The position numbers and the translations under genes are program-made. A stretch of 64,000 nucleotides of DNA from an uncultured Actinomycetes bacterium (GTDB lineage Bacteria; Actinomycetota; Thermoleophilia; UBA2241). Below the pieces are notes generated by a model, which had not been told where the DNA came from, did no database searches, and saw nothing but the letters and a program-made list of their open reading frames with translations. Shown here in pieces: positions 53,884 to 63,731 of the stretch (position 1 is its first letter; every line of letters starts with the position of its first letter). The stretch spans positions 1-64,000 of the forward strand of contig CAVRZA010000006.1 of NCBI GenBank assembly GCA_963725665.1, in the 5' to 3' direction.

Positions 53884-54648
53884 CTAGATCCGCGCCGTCA
53901 GACCACCGTCGACGAAGAGGATCTGGCCGGTGACGAAGGCGGACGCCGGCGACGCCAGAAAGAGCACCGGCCCGACGACGTCGCCGGCGTCCGCCCACCG
54001 CCCCATCGGGATGCTCGCGCGCAAGGTGGCGGCGAACTTCTCGTCGGCGAGCACGGCACGCGTGAGGTCGGTCTCGACGAACGTCGGCGCGACGGCGTTG
54101 ACGCGCACACCGAACTCGGCCCACTGCGCCGCCAGCGAGCGAGTCAGCGAATCGACCGCGCCCTTGCTGGCCGAGTACTCGGTCTGTCCGAACGCGGCCC
54201 CGAAACGGCCGCGCACCGATGACAGATTGACGATCGCGCCGGAGCGCTGGCGGATCATCTGCTCCCCGAAGACGCGGCAGCAGACGAAGGTGCCGGTCGC
54301 GTTCACGTCGAGGATGCGCCGCCACTCTTCGACGGTCACGTGCTCGGCGCGCTTGCGCACAGTGACGCCGGCGGCGTTGACGAGGATATCGACACGCGCG
54401 AACGCGGCGAGACGACCTGCGCGCAGGCCGCCCGCACCGAGGCCTCGTCCGTGATCTCGATGGCCAAGCCCAGCGCCTGGACGCCGAGCTGGCGCGCCGC
54501 GTCGGCGGCCTCGAGCGGCGCGATCGCCGTCGAGGTCGGCCACGGCGACGTCGGCGCCGTGGCCGGCTAGGCCCGCGGCGATCGCCCGGCCAAGGCCGCC
54601 CGCTCCGACGACGACGGCTCGCCGGCCGGCAATGTCGAACACGCTCAT
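53884..54648 (-). CDS. SDR oxidoreductase (compensating frameshifts ~54420-54530)
   Basis: GAGGLG, NAAG, YSASK, VNAVAP, DGG. Confidence 0.88.
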   Translation of the reverse strand: MSVFDIAGRRAVVVGAGGLGRAIAAGLAGHGADVAVADLDGDRAARGRRRGAPARRPGAGLGHRDHGRGLGAGGLRAGRLAAFARVDILVNAAGVTVRKRAEHVTVEEWRRILDVNATGTFVCCRVFGEQMIRQRSGAIVNLSSVRGRFGAAFGQTEYSASKGAVDSLTRSLAAQWAEFGVRVNAVAPTFVETDLTRAVLADEKFAATLRASIPMGRWADAGDVVGPVLFLASPASAFVTGQILFVDGGLTARI

Positions 54649-54684
54649 GCGCCCTCCTCAGCACCCGCCCGCCGTGACTCGTCC

Positions 54685-56880
54685 CTAGTCGCCGTCGCCG
54701 GAGAGACCGGTGGCGTGCCGCCGGCGGTAGTCTGCGTACCAGGCCATGCGGTCGAGCGCGAACAGAGCGGACCGCGGCGACGGAAGCACGATCGGATCGT
54801 AGGGGCCGTCGCACGGGAAGAGCGCCTGGCGGATCGGCGAGTCGTAGACGTTGATGATGGGCTTGCCGGTGGCCTCCATGAGTCCCGCGACGTAGGTGAG
54901 GAACCCGCTCTCCCAGGTGCTGAAGCCGTCGTACTCGCCGCTCGCGCTTGCGGGCCGCACGTCGTCGCCGGTGTTGGGCACGCCGAGCACCGAGAGCACC
55001 GCTATCGCGTCGAAGGCGTCGTTCTCAGCCACCGCGGAGAGCACCCGGCTCCCCACGTCACCGCCGGCCGACGCTACCATGTCGAGCGGGTTGTGGCGGC
55101 TCCAGAACGGCGGCAGCAGCCCGTCGAGCTCCTCGACGAGCGCCGGCGGCAGATCGGGCAAGACCAGGCCGCGGCGCGCGGCCTCGTCGGCCGCGAGCAC
55201 GCCGGCGCCGCCGCCGTTGGTCACGATCGCCACGCGGCGGCCGCGCGGCAGCGGCAGATGCGCCAGCGCGAGAGCCAGGTCCAGCGCCTCGTCGGTGGCC
55301 GTACAGGTGACCACGCCGGCCTGCCGGGCCGCCGCCTCGTAGACGGCCGCGGAGCCCGCCATGGCGCCGGTGTGCGAGGCGGCGGCCCTGCCGCCGACCT
55401 CGGTGAGACCGCCACGCACCGCTACGACCGGTTTGACGGCCGCGGTCCGCCTCGTGACATCCAGGAAGCGGCGCCCGTCGTCGATGCCTTCCACGTACAT
55501 CAGAACGCACTCGGTGCGCTCGTCGGTGCGCAGGTAGTCGAGCACGTCGATGACGCTCACCTGAGCCTCGTTGCCGACGCTGAGGAACTTGTCGATGCCG
55601 ATGGCGCGCCGCTCGGACGCCTTGACGATCTGCACGCCCAGGTTACCCGACTGCGAGACCAGGCTCAGCGGGCCCTGCTGCGGGTGCAGCGTGATGAAGC
55701 CGGTGCCGTGCAGCCGCGTCTCGTTCGAGATCACGCCCATGCAGTTGGGGCCGATCACCGTGATCCCCAGCTCGGCAGCCGCATCCGCCATCTCCCGCTC
55801 CGCCTGCCGGCCCTCATCGCCGGTCTCCGAGAACCCGGCGGCCACGGCCACCACGGCCGGCACGCCGCGTCGCGCGCACTGCTCGAGGACGGACGTGACC
55901 CGCTCGCCGCTGACGGCGAGAAGTGCCAGATCGGGCGCTTCGGGCAGCTCCTCGACGCTCGTGTACACCGGCAGGCCGAAGTACGTGCCGCCGCGCGGGT
56001 TCACCGCGTAGACCGGACCCTCGAAGCCACCGTCGAGGATGTTCTTCAGCGCCGAGCCGCCCCACTTCACGACGTCGTCGGAGGCGCCCACGACGGCGAC
56101 CGACCGGGGGGCGCACACGGCCCGCAGGTCGGGCTGGAAGCCCCGGCCCGGCGCGGGCGCGGTAGCGGCCGACGCGCCGCCCGAGAGGACCACCAGCGCG
56201 TCGGCCGCCACCGGATGATCACCGGCGATGATGAGCGGGTTGAGGTCGATCTCGGTGACCTGTGGATAGTCCGCGGCGATACGAGCGACCGCCAGCACGA
56301 CGCCGGCCAGCTTCGCGCGGTCGACGGCCGGCTGGCCGCGAAACGCTCCCAGGAGGCGCTTCGAGCGGATTAGCTCGAAGAGCTCGTCGACATCGCGCTC
56401 GTCGAGAGGGGGGATCGCGAGCGCGATGTCGCCGAGCACCTCAGTCATGACGCCGCCCAGACCGAAGGCCACCACAGGACCGAAGGCGGCGTCGCGCTTC
56501 ATGCCTACCATGAGCTCGCGGCCGCCGGTCACCATCTCCTCGACGAGCACCGCATCGAGCGCGTCGCCGGCCCGCTCCGCGAGATCGCCGTAGGCGACGA
56601 CCACCTCTTCCGGCCCGCGACGGTCGAGAAGCACCAGCCCCGCCTCGGTCTTGTGGTGGATGCCCTCGCCCACGGCCTTGAGCGCCACCGCGCCGTCGAC
56701 CGACGCGGCAAGTGCGACCGCCTCGGCCTCCGAGCGCGCAAGGCCGCCCTCAGGCACCGGGACACCATAGGCGGCCAGCAGGCGTTTCGCCTCGTGCTCA
56801 TCAAGCGCGGAGCGCCCCGCCACGAGCGCCGCCTCAACGATGGCGGATGCTTCCGCGGGCTGCCGTCTCGCTGTCTGCAT
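54685..56880 (-). CDS. ADP-forming acyl/acetate-CoA ligase (ATP-grasp beta domain fused N-terminal to alpha)
   Basis: HKTEAGLV, IDLNPL, VVGAS, IGPNCMG, SQSG, AASHTG, NPLD. Confidence 0.9.
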   Translation of the reverse strand: MQTARRQPAEASAIVEAALVAGRSALDEHEAKRLLAAYGVPVPEGGLARSEAEAVALAASVDGAVALKAVGEGIHHKTEAGLVLLDRRGPEEVVVAYGDLAERAGDALDAVLVEEMVTGGRELMVGMKRDAAFGPVVAFGLGGVMTEVLGDIALAIPPLDERDVDELFELIRSKRLLGAFRGQPAVDRAKLAGVVLAVARIAADYPQVTEIDLNPLIIAGDHPVAADALVVLSGGASAATAPAPGRGFQPDLRAVCAPRSVAVVGASDDVVKWGGSALKNILDGGFEGPVYAVNPRGGTYFGLPVYTSVEELPEAPDLALLAVSGERVTSVLEQCARRGVPAVVAVAAGFSETGDEGRQAEREMADAAAELGITVIGPNCMGVISNETRLHGTGFITLHPQQGPLSLVSQSGNLGVQIVKASERRAIGIDKFLSVGNEAQVSVIDVLDYLRTDERTECVLMYVEGIDDGRRFLDVTRRTAAVKPVVAVRGGLTEVGGRAAASHTGAMAGSAAVYEAAARQAGVVTCTATDEALDLALALAHLPLPRGRRVAIVTNGGGAGVLAADEAARRGLVLPDLPPALVEELDGLLPPFWSRHNPLDMVASAGGDVGSRVLSAVAENDAFDAIAVLSVLGVPNTGDDVRPASASGEYDGFSTWESGFLTYVAGLMEATGKPIINVYDSPIRQALFPCDGPYDPIVLPSPRSALFALDRMAWYADYRRRHATGLSGDGD

Positions 56881-56960
56881 GGTCGCTCCCTCGCGGTGCC
56901 TGGATCGCTCCCTCGCGGCTTGCGTATCGACCCAACGCGGTCCCCTTGGGCCAATTGACT

Positions 56961-56975
56961 ATATGGTAACCAAAT
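56961..56975. promoter_or_regulatory. Candidate FadR/GntR operator
   Basis: ATATGGT-A-ACCAAAT in the AT-rich divergent region, next to TTGACT. Confidence 0.55.
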
Positions 56976-57118
56976 TGCTATTTTACGGTCAACACGCACT
57001 CGTGCGTGCGCGGGAGAGAGCCGGTTGAGCAGGTGAGCGCAGTGCAGGCAGGCGAGGGCCCGGCGGACAAAGCAGCGTCGTGCGAGCAGGTGAAAGCGGT
57101 GCCGACAGGGGAGCGCAG

Positions 57119-57853
57119 GTGACGGACGAGGACATCCACGGCACGCCGCCGGCGCCCGACACCGCCAGCGAGAGCGCGGCGCGGTACGTGCGCTCGCTCA
57201 TCTTCTGGGGCGAGCTCGGTCCCGGCGACAAGCTGCCCCCGGCGACAGAGTTGGCGACCCGTCTGGGCATCTCGCGCGTGACGCTGCGCCTGGCTCTCAA
57301 GTCGCTGCAGAGCACGGGCTACATCGTCACCACGCGCGGCGCTCATGGGGGGTCGCGGGTGAGCGACGCGGCCGCCCTACAGCGGTGCTGGAGCCAGTGG
57401 ATGGCGGTCCACAACGGCGAGCTCGACGACATCTTCGAGTTCCGCACCACGATCGAGAGCCGGCTGGCCGCGCTGGCGGCGCAGCGGCGTACTGCCAAGG
57501 AGATGACCACTGTCGCGCGCGCGCTCGCGCGCGAGCGCGGGGAGCACAGGCGCTCGTCGCTGTTCCGAGCCGACGCCGACATCCACCGCAGCATCGCCAG
57601 GGCGGCCCACAGCCCTCGTCTCGCCGCAGCCATGAACGCCGTGCGCGCCCAGCTCTTCCTGCCGGTTGACCAGGAGCTCTTCGAGGAGAGCGAGGCCGGC
57701 GTCTACGCCTCGCACGCGGCCATCGTGGCCGCCATCCGCGACCGCGACCCAGAGCGCGCCGCTCGGGCGGCCAGAGAGCACACCGAGAGGGTGCGCGGGC
57801 TCATCGACCGGGCGCTGGAGGCCGCACAGGTCCGCGAGCGAGCGCTGATGTGA
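57119..57853 (+). CDS. FadR/GntR family regulator
   Basis: PGDKLPPATELATRLGISRVTLR HTH, FCD-type C-terminal domain. Confidence 0.9.
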   Translation: MTDEDIHGTPPAPDTASESAARYVRSLIFWGELGPGDKLPPATELATRLGISRVTLRLALKSLQSTGYIVTTRGAHGGSRVSDAAALQRCWSQWMAVHNGELDDIFEFRTTIESRLAALAAQRRTAKEMTTVARALARERGEHRRSSLFRADADIHRSIARAAHSPRLAAAMNAVRAQLFLPVDQELFEESEAGVYASHAAIVAAIRDRDPERAARAAREHTERVRGLIDRALEAAQVRERALM

Positions 57854-57912
57854 GGTCGTCCATGCCACAAGGAGGCGGATGGTCGTCACGGCGCTCAACG
57901 GACGCAGGGCTC

Positions 57913-59232
57913 GTGAACGCCACTCCGACGCACATCAACATCACCATCAGCTTCTATCGCGGTTGGCTGGTCACGTTTGCGGCCGCCACGATGGGCCTGT
58001 TCCTCGGCATCCTGTACGTCTGGAGCGTGGTCAAGGCCGGCATCCCCGCATCCTGGGGCTGGAGCAACGCCGACATGGCGCTACCGTATTCGGTGATGTG
58101 CGTCCTGTTCGCGGCCACCATGATCCCGGCGGGCCGGCTGCAGGACCACTACGGACCGCGCATCGCCATCCTGCTGGGCGGGTTTCTGGTCGGCCTGGGA
58201 TGCATCGTGTGCGGGGCGGGAGGCTCGTCGCTGGCCGCCTACGTGGTCGGCTTCGGGGTCCTGCACGGCAGCGGGGTGGGCTTCGGGTACTCGGCCATGA
58301 CGCCCGCGTCGGTGAAGTGGTTCGCACCCCGGCGCACCGGCCTGATCGCGGGCATCGTGGTTGCCGGGTTCGGTCTAGCGCCGGTCGTCCTCGCACCACT
58401 GGTCACCTGGCTTCTGACGGCCTTTCAAACAACGACCGCGTCGGGGGCGGTCGAGAAGGGGGTCTCCGCCACCATGATCACCCTGGGCATCGTCGCCTGG
58501 CTGGTGGTCGGCGGCCTGACCCTGCTGGTCCGCAACCCTCCCGAAGGGCACCTGGTGCAACCACCCCAGGAGTTGCGGCAGGCCTTCGAGCACTCGGCCG
58601 GCAGTGAGTTCACCTGGCGCGCCATGCTGCGCACGACGCAGTTCTGGCTGCTGTTCGTCATGTTCTTCTGCGGGGCCGCCGCTGGGCTCATGTTCATCAG
58701 CGTGGCCTCCGACCTGGGCAAGCGGGCGCTTGGATCGTGGGCGTTCCTGGCCGTGATGGTCCTTGCGTTCGGCAACAGCAGCGGGCGCATCCTGGCGGGT
58801 GTAGTCTCGGACAGGATCGGACGCCAATGGACCCTGTTCGTCGAGTTCGTCTGCCAGGGCCTGGTGGTCGCCGTCCTCTACCGGCTCAGCGGCGGCGGCG
58901 TGTGGCCGGTCATCCTGACCGTCGTGTTCCTGCTGGGGTTCAACTACGGCGCCAACCTGGCGGTGTTCCCGGCCGCCTGCAAGGACTACTTCGGCCTGCG
59001 GAGCTTCGGGCTCAACTACGGCTGGCTGTTCGCCGCTTTCGGCCTGGCGGGGCTGACCATGCCTTGGGTCAACGGCCTGATCAGGGACGCGACCGGATCG
59101 TCCGACTTGTCGTACGCGATCATCATCGGGCTGATGGTGGTGGCAGCCGTCCTGGCTCAGGTCAGCCGGCTCCTGGGACCGCCGAACGCGAGACCGAAAT
59201 CCGCCGTGTCCGTGGGCGAAGGAGAAGAGTAG
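57913..59232 (+). CDS. MFS transporter, OFA (oxalate/formate antiporter-like) family
   Basis: GILYVWSV, GRLQDHYGPR, VKWF...RTGLIAG, SDRIGR, DYFG...GLNYG. Confidence 0.88.
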   Translation: MNATPTHINITISFYRGWLVTFAAATMGLFLGILYVWSVVKAGIPASWGWSNADMALPYSVMCVLFAATMIPAGRLQDHYGPRIAILLGGFLVGLGCIVCGAGGSSLAAYVVGFGVLHGSGVGFGYSAMTPASVKWFAPRRTGLIAGIVVAGFGLAPVVLAPLVTWLLTAFQTTTASGAVEKGVSATMITLGIVAWLVVGGLTLLVRNPPEGHLVQPPQELRQAFEHSAGSEFTWRAMLRTTQFWLLFVMFFCGAAAGLMFISVASDLGKRALGSWAFLAVMVLAFGNSSGRILAGVVSDRIGRQWTLFVEFVCQGLVVAVLYRLSGGGVWPVILTVVFLLGFNYGANLAVFPAACKDYFGLRSFGLNYGWLFAAFGLAGLTMPWVNGLIRDATGSSDLSYAIIIGLMVVAAVLAQVSRLLGPPNARPKSAVSVGEGEE

Positions 59233-60045
59233 ATGGCCATTGTCACGATCTCGAGAGGCACCTACACGGGCGGCATCGCGGTGGCCGAGGGGCTTGCGGT
59301 AGCACTGGGGCACCCTTGCGTGAGCCGCGAAGTCGTCATAGACGCCGCGCGGGACTCCGGCGTCCCCGAAGCCGAGCTGCAGTCCACGCTCGAGGAGCCG
59401 CCGCACTTCTGGGAGAAGACACCGGGAAAGACCGCGGCGTCCCTGAACCTCGTGAGAGCGGCACTGCTCAAGCGGGCCCGTGACGGTGACCTCGTCTACC
59501 ACGGCTACGCCGGGCACCTGCTGCTGAGCGGCATCGCACACGTGTTGCGCGTTCGGGTCATCGCCGATCAAGAGTCTCGCATCAGAGCGGCGATGGAGGA
59601 CAAGGGCATGGACTATCGAGCGGCGGCCGATTTCGTCAAGAAGCTCGACAACCAGCTCATCAAGTGGACCAGGTTCCTCTACGGCGTCGAGTGGCAGGAC
59701 CCCTCGGTCTACGATGTAGTCCTGAACCTGGAGCACATGAGCGTCGACAGCGCCGTGCAGACGATCGCGCAGATCACCCGGCTGGACGACTTCAGACCGA
59801 CGGCGGACTCCCGCAAGGCCTTCGAGGACCTTCTCCTGAGCAGCAACGTCTGGGCGGCGCTGACCGCGGACAAGCGGACCCGCTCGGCGAACGTGCGCGT
59901 CGCGGCCGACGACGGCGTCGTCTTCATCACCGGACTGGCCGACAACGAGCGCACGCTGACGGCCGTGCAGGAGGTGGCTGCGGCCATACACAGCGTCAGA
60001 GAGGTGCAGAGCGAGGTCGGCATCGGCCGTACCTGGCAGTGGTGA
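59233..60045 (+). CDS. Cytidylate kinase-like protein with C-terminal BON-like domain
   Basis: IVTISRGTYTGG, LRVRVIA, DPSVYDVVLN, VAADDGVVFITG. Confidence 0.75.
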   Translation: MAIVTISRGTYTGGIAVAEGLAVALGHPCVSREVVIDAARDSGVPEAELQSTLEEPPHFWEKTPGKTAASLNLVRAALLKRARDGDLVYHGYAGHLLLSGIAHVLRVRVIADQESRIRAAMEDKGMDYRAAADFVKKLDNQLIKWTRFLYGVEWQDPSVYDVVLNLEHMSVDSAVQTIAQITRLDDFRPTADSRKAFEDLLLSSNVWAALTADKRTRSANVRVAADDGVVFITGLADNERTLTAVQEVAAAIHSVREVQSEVGIGRTWQW

Positions 60046-60104
60046 CGAACGGGACGGGGCGGGCCCGCCGCGCACAGGCGGCGGGCCCGCCCCGTCCCGT
60101 TCGT
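60045..60104. terminator. 27-bp perfect hairpin between convergent operons
   Basis: ACGAACGGGACGGGGCGGGCCCGCCGC-N6-GCGGCGGGCCCGCCCCGTCCCGTTCGT. Confidence 0.75.
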
Positions 60105-60115
60105 GACCGCTGGTC

Positions 60116-60953
60116 TTACGAGGCCGTCAGGACGATCTCACCGAGGTCGACGTCGGTCTGCGTCTTGACGTCGGACCGCTGCGGCACGTAGCCGTCGTGG
60201 CTGACGGTGATGCGGTAGGCCGCGTTCCTGGCGAGGCCCTCGAACTCGAACTGGCCGAAGACATCCGACGTCGTCTCCGCACGCACGCCCTCGCCCTCGA
60301 GCACGACCTTGATGCCCGCAGCGCAGGCGTCGGCGGCGTCGTCGAGGACGACCTCGCCGGCCACGAAGCGCTTGGGGATGCCGTGGTAGCGCACCAGCGG
60401 CGAGCACCCGTACTCCGGGTGCAGCGCCTCGGTCTTCAGGGCCGCCACGCGCTGGGAGATCTCCGACTGCGGATCGTCGAGGTCGCCGAACACCATGGCG
60501 CCGGTCGGGCACGACTCGACGCACCGCGGCTGCTTCTCGCCGGCGTCGAGCCGGTGGGCGCAGAGGGTGCACTTCTGCGGGATCTCGAGCTCCGCGTTCC
60601 AGAACACGACCCGGTAGGGGCAGGCCTGCACGATCTGCCGCTGGCCCTTGGCCTTGTCCGGGTCGATGACGACGATGCCGTCCGGCCGCCGGTAGACGGC
60701 GCCGTCCGTAGCGACGTCCATGCACGGCGCGTCCTCGCAGTGCAGGCAGGGGATGGCGACGTAGTCCACCTTGGGACGCGGGTAGGCGCCGCGCTCGATC
60801 TCCTTGACCTGCATCCAGAACTGCCCGTGCAGCGGCTGCGCGGCCGAGTAGCCCGGGTAGTCGTTGTTGTCGTGCTCGTCACGGCACGCCAGGAAGCAGT
60901 TGTGGCAGCCGTTGCACCTGGTCGACATCGATCAGCATGCTCAGTCGCGTCAT
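60116..60953 (-). CDS. bthL: Pyrogallol transhydroxylase-type small subunit (4Fe-4S plus C-terminal beta-sandwich; frameshift near start)
   Basis: CNGCHNCFLACRDEH, ERGAYPR, CLHCEDAPC, DGIVVIDPDKAKG, CPY, KCTLCAH, FGQFEFEGL, VDLGEI, matching the recalled Pelobacter BthL layout. Confidence 0.8.
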
Positions 60954-60956
60954 CGA

Positions 60957-63504
60957 TCAGCCCTCCCACTTCTCGATGTCGATCAGGCACGAGTTGGGCG
61001 TCATGCCGGGGGCGTTCTTGCTGAGCATGCGCGAAGGCGTGAGCAGGTTGACGCAGCCGCCCTTGTCGATGGAGTCGGCCTTGCCCGGGATCAGCGGATC
61101 GTACTTGGCGGACGAGGCGTAGCTGTGCATCACGCCGGGCCGCACGCGCTCGGTGACGACGGCGCAGCAGAGCACCGACGCCCGGTCGTTGTAGAGCCGG
61201 ACGATGTCGCCGTTGCGGATGCCCCGCGCCTGCGCGTCGTCGGGATGGATGCGCGCCGGCCACCAGGCGTAGCCGTCCTTCTTGATGCGGTGGACGGGGA
61301 TGTCGTCCAGCCAGTCGGTGTGCTTGTCGTAGTGGGAGTGGAAGGAGAAGCGCGGATGCGGCGAGATGAGCTGCAGCGGATACTTCTCGAAGAGCTCGGT
61401 CGAGTGATGGCCCTCCCAGCTCGGGATGTAGTGCGGGATAGACCGGCCGCTCCTCGTCGTCCGGGAAGTGCGCCTTGAGGCTCTCGCGAGACGAACTCGA
61501 TCTTGCCGCTGTAGGTGCCGAGCTCGTGGGCCTTGTCGGTGCCGCGCTTCGGGTTGCTCGGGTCCGGGGTGTCGCACGTCGCGCCCCTCGGCGAACCAGC
61601 GCATCGCCGGGGTGGGCTTGTAGTTCTCCGGGCAGCGTTGATGATGTGGTAGCCCTTCCTGTCGAACTCCTCCCAGTCGACGAACTTGGGCAGGTCGGAG
61701 ATCTCGAAGAACGAGCCTGACCCAGTCGATCTCGGTCTTGCCGCCGTCGGTGAAGTCCTCGTCGAGACCGAGCCGCTCGGAGAGGTCGGCGAAGATCTCG
61801 TAGTCCGACTTCGACTCCCACAGCGGCTCGATGCACTTCTTCTCGCGCACGATGACGCGGAAGTTGTAGCCGCGTGCTGCGCGTTCGTGGTGTACCCGCC
61901 GCAGGCGCCCCACTCGCCGATGTCGTCGCGCTCGAGGTTGGTGCAGGCCGGCAGGATGACGTCGGCGATCCGCGTCTCGCCGTCGACACCAGCAGTCCTG
62001 GTTGACGACGAATTCGAGCTTGGGGCTCTGGTACATGCGCACCCACTTGCGTGGTGTCCGTCATGGTGCCCATGAACGAGCCGCCGTAGCGGTAGAACAG
62101 CTTCACCTCCGAGCAGCCCGGCATGGGATAGATGAAGTGCGTGAACTGCTGCTCGAGCGACTGGCCGCAGAAGCCGTCGCCGTACCAGCTGACCGGCGGT
62201 TCGAGGATCGCGTCCGGGCACGGTCAGCCGATAGAGGCGCTGCTTGGTCGGGTTGTCCGGGAGGAGGTCGGCGACCAGCTTGGACAGCGCGATGCGGCCC
62301 GTCGGGATCGGCATAGGCCGGGAACCAGATGTCGTTGTCGCGCGGCGCGCCCATGGCGGTGCCCCAGATGCTGACGCCCGGGCTTGCCCAGCCCCTGCAT
62401 CGCCTGCAGCAGGACCATCAGGCGCGCCCATTCGGTGCCGTAGGCGGTGCGGCAGGCGCCGCCTTCGCCGCCGCGGGCGCCACGCCGAGAGCATGGTGCG
62501 CTTGCGCGGCCCACTCGCGCGCCAGCGCGCCGATGATGCGGGCCTGCACGCCGCACTCCTCGGCCGCCCACTCCGGGGTCTTGGGCACGCCGTCGCTCTC
62601 GCCCAGCACGTAGGCGCTTGAACTCGTCGAAGCCGACGGTGCGCTCGGCGACGTAGTCCTTGTCGTAGGTGTCCTCGGTGATCCACACATGGGCGATCGC
62701 CATGCGCCAGCGCCGCGTCGGTGCCCGGGCGCGGGGCGATCCATTGGCCGTCCGTCGCGGGCGCCGTGTAGTTGTGGAAGGGGTCGATGAAGACCATCTT
62801 GACGCCCTTCTCCTTCAGCCACTGGCGCCAGATGCGCCGACTCGTGGCCGGTGTAGATGCCGCGGGTCGTGTCCGGGTCGTTCGACCAGAAGACGATCAT
62901 CTCGGCGTGCTTGAGCGCGTCCTCGAGCATGTCGTAGGGCTCGGGCATGCCGAGCCGCCAGTAGAAGCCGTAGGTGTGGGTCGCGCCCCAGTGCCAGCCC
63001 TCCCAGCTGTCGGGGTTGTCGAGCACCGGCGTGTAGCTCGAGCAGGTTCATGAAGCGCGAGAACGCGCCCATCTTGTAGCCGACGATGCCCCAGTTGTGG
63101 TGCGAGGAGGTGAGCGCCGCTGATCGCCGACCCGCCGTAGGTGTTCTGCACGCGCTTGATCTCGCCCGCGACGATGTCGAGCGCCTCGTCCCAGGAGATG
63201 CGCTCGTAGGGCGACTTGCCGCGGTTCTGCGGGTTGCGCTCGCCGTTCGGGTCGAAGTCGACGCGCTTCAGCGGGTACTTGATGCGGTCGTCGGAATAGA
63301 GGCGCCTGCGCTCGGCGAGCACGAACGGCGCGAGGTTGAACTTCTTCGGCGGCGAGTACGTCTTGCCGTCGGCCTCGATCGTCCACGGCCTGAAGTCGGT
63401 CTCGTCGGCGACGAGCGGACGGATGCGCACGACCTTTCCGTCCTCGACGTAGACGCTGATCGGGCCCGCAGTTGGTGCAGTTGGTGAAGACCGCTCTCAG
63501 TCAT
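60957..63504 (-). CDS. athL: Mo-bisPGD oxidoreductase, pyrogallol hydroxytransferase large-subunit type (many frameshifts)
   Basis: FDPNGERNPQNRG, YERISWDEA, SSHHNWG, NPDSWEGWHWG, LEDALKHAEMIVFW, GGACRTAYGTEWAR, HPRFSFH, GGCVNLLT. Confidence 0.85.
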
Positions 63505-63731
63505 GCTCTGACCTCCCACCGGCCATCACGGACGCGCGTAGGCTCGACCGAGCGTCGGGCTTCGACTGGTCGTGGCCTGCTGCTGGTCGATTTCGCCGCA
63601 GTCCCCTTGCGGAGGCGCAATATTGTGATATCGTGCAGTAGCAGTGTGGATATCGTAGGTAGTCTCAGCGCAGTAATCAAGTCTTGACCGAGAAGACCGC
63701 CTCGTCCCGGCTTTGGACAGAGGACGTGTCC

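Noticed and set aside
3042-60075. Long antisense and alternate-frame ORFs (e.g. 6960..8789, 19465..21066, 54715..56373, 58375..60075)
   Set aside because: Shadow ORFs typical of high-GC DNA. They overlap well-supported genes and show no motifs.
14058-60104. GC-rich hairpins as a REP family or CRISPR repeats
   Set aside because: They differ in sequence, are not regularly spaced and sit after genes, which fits terminators. No cas genes are present.
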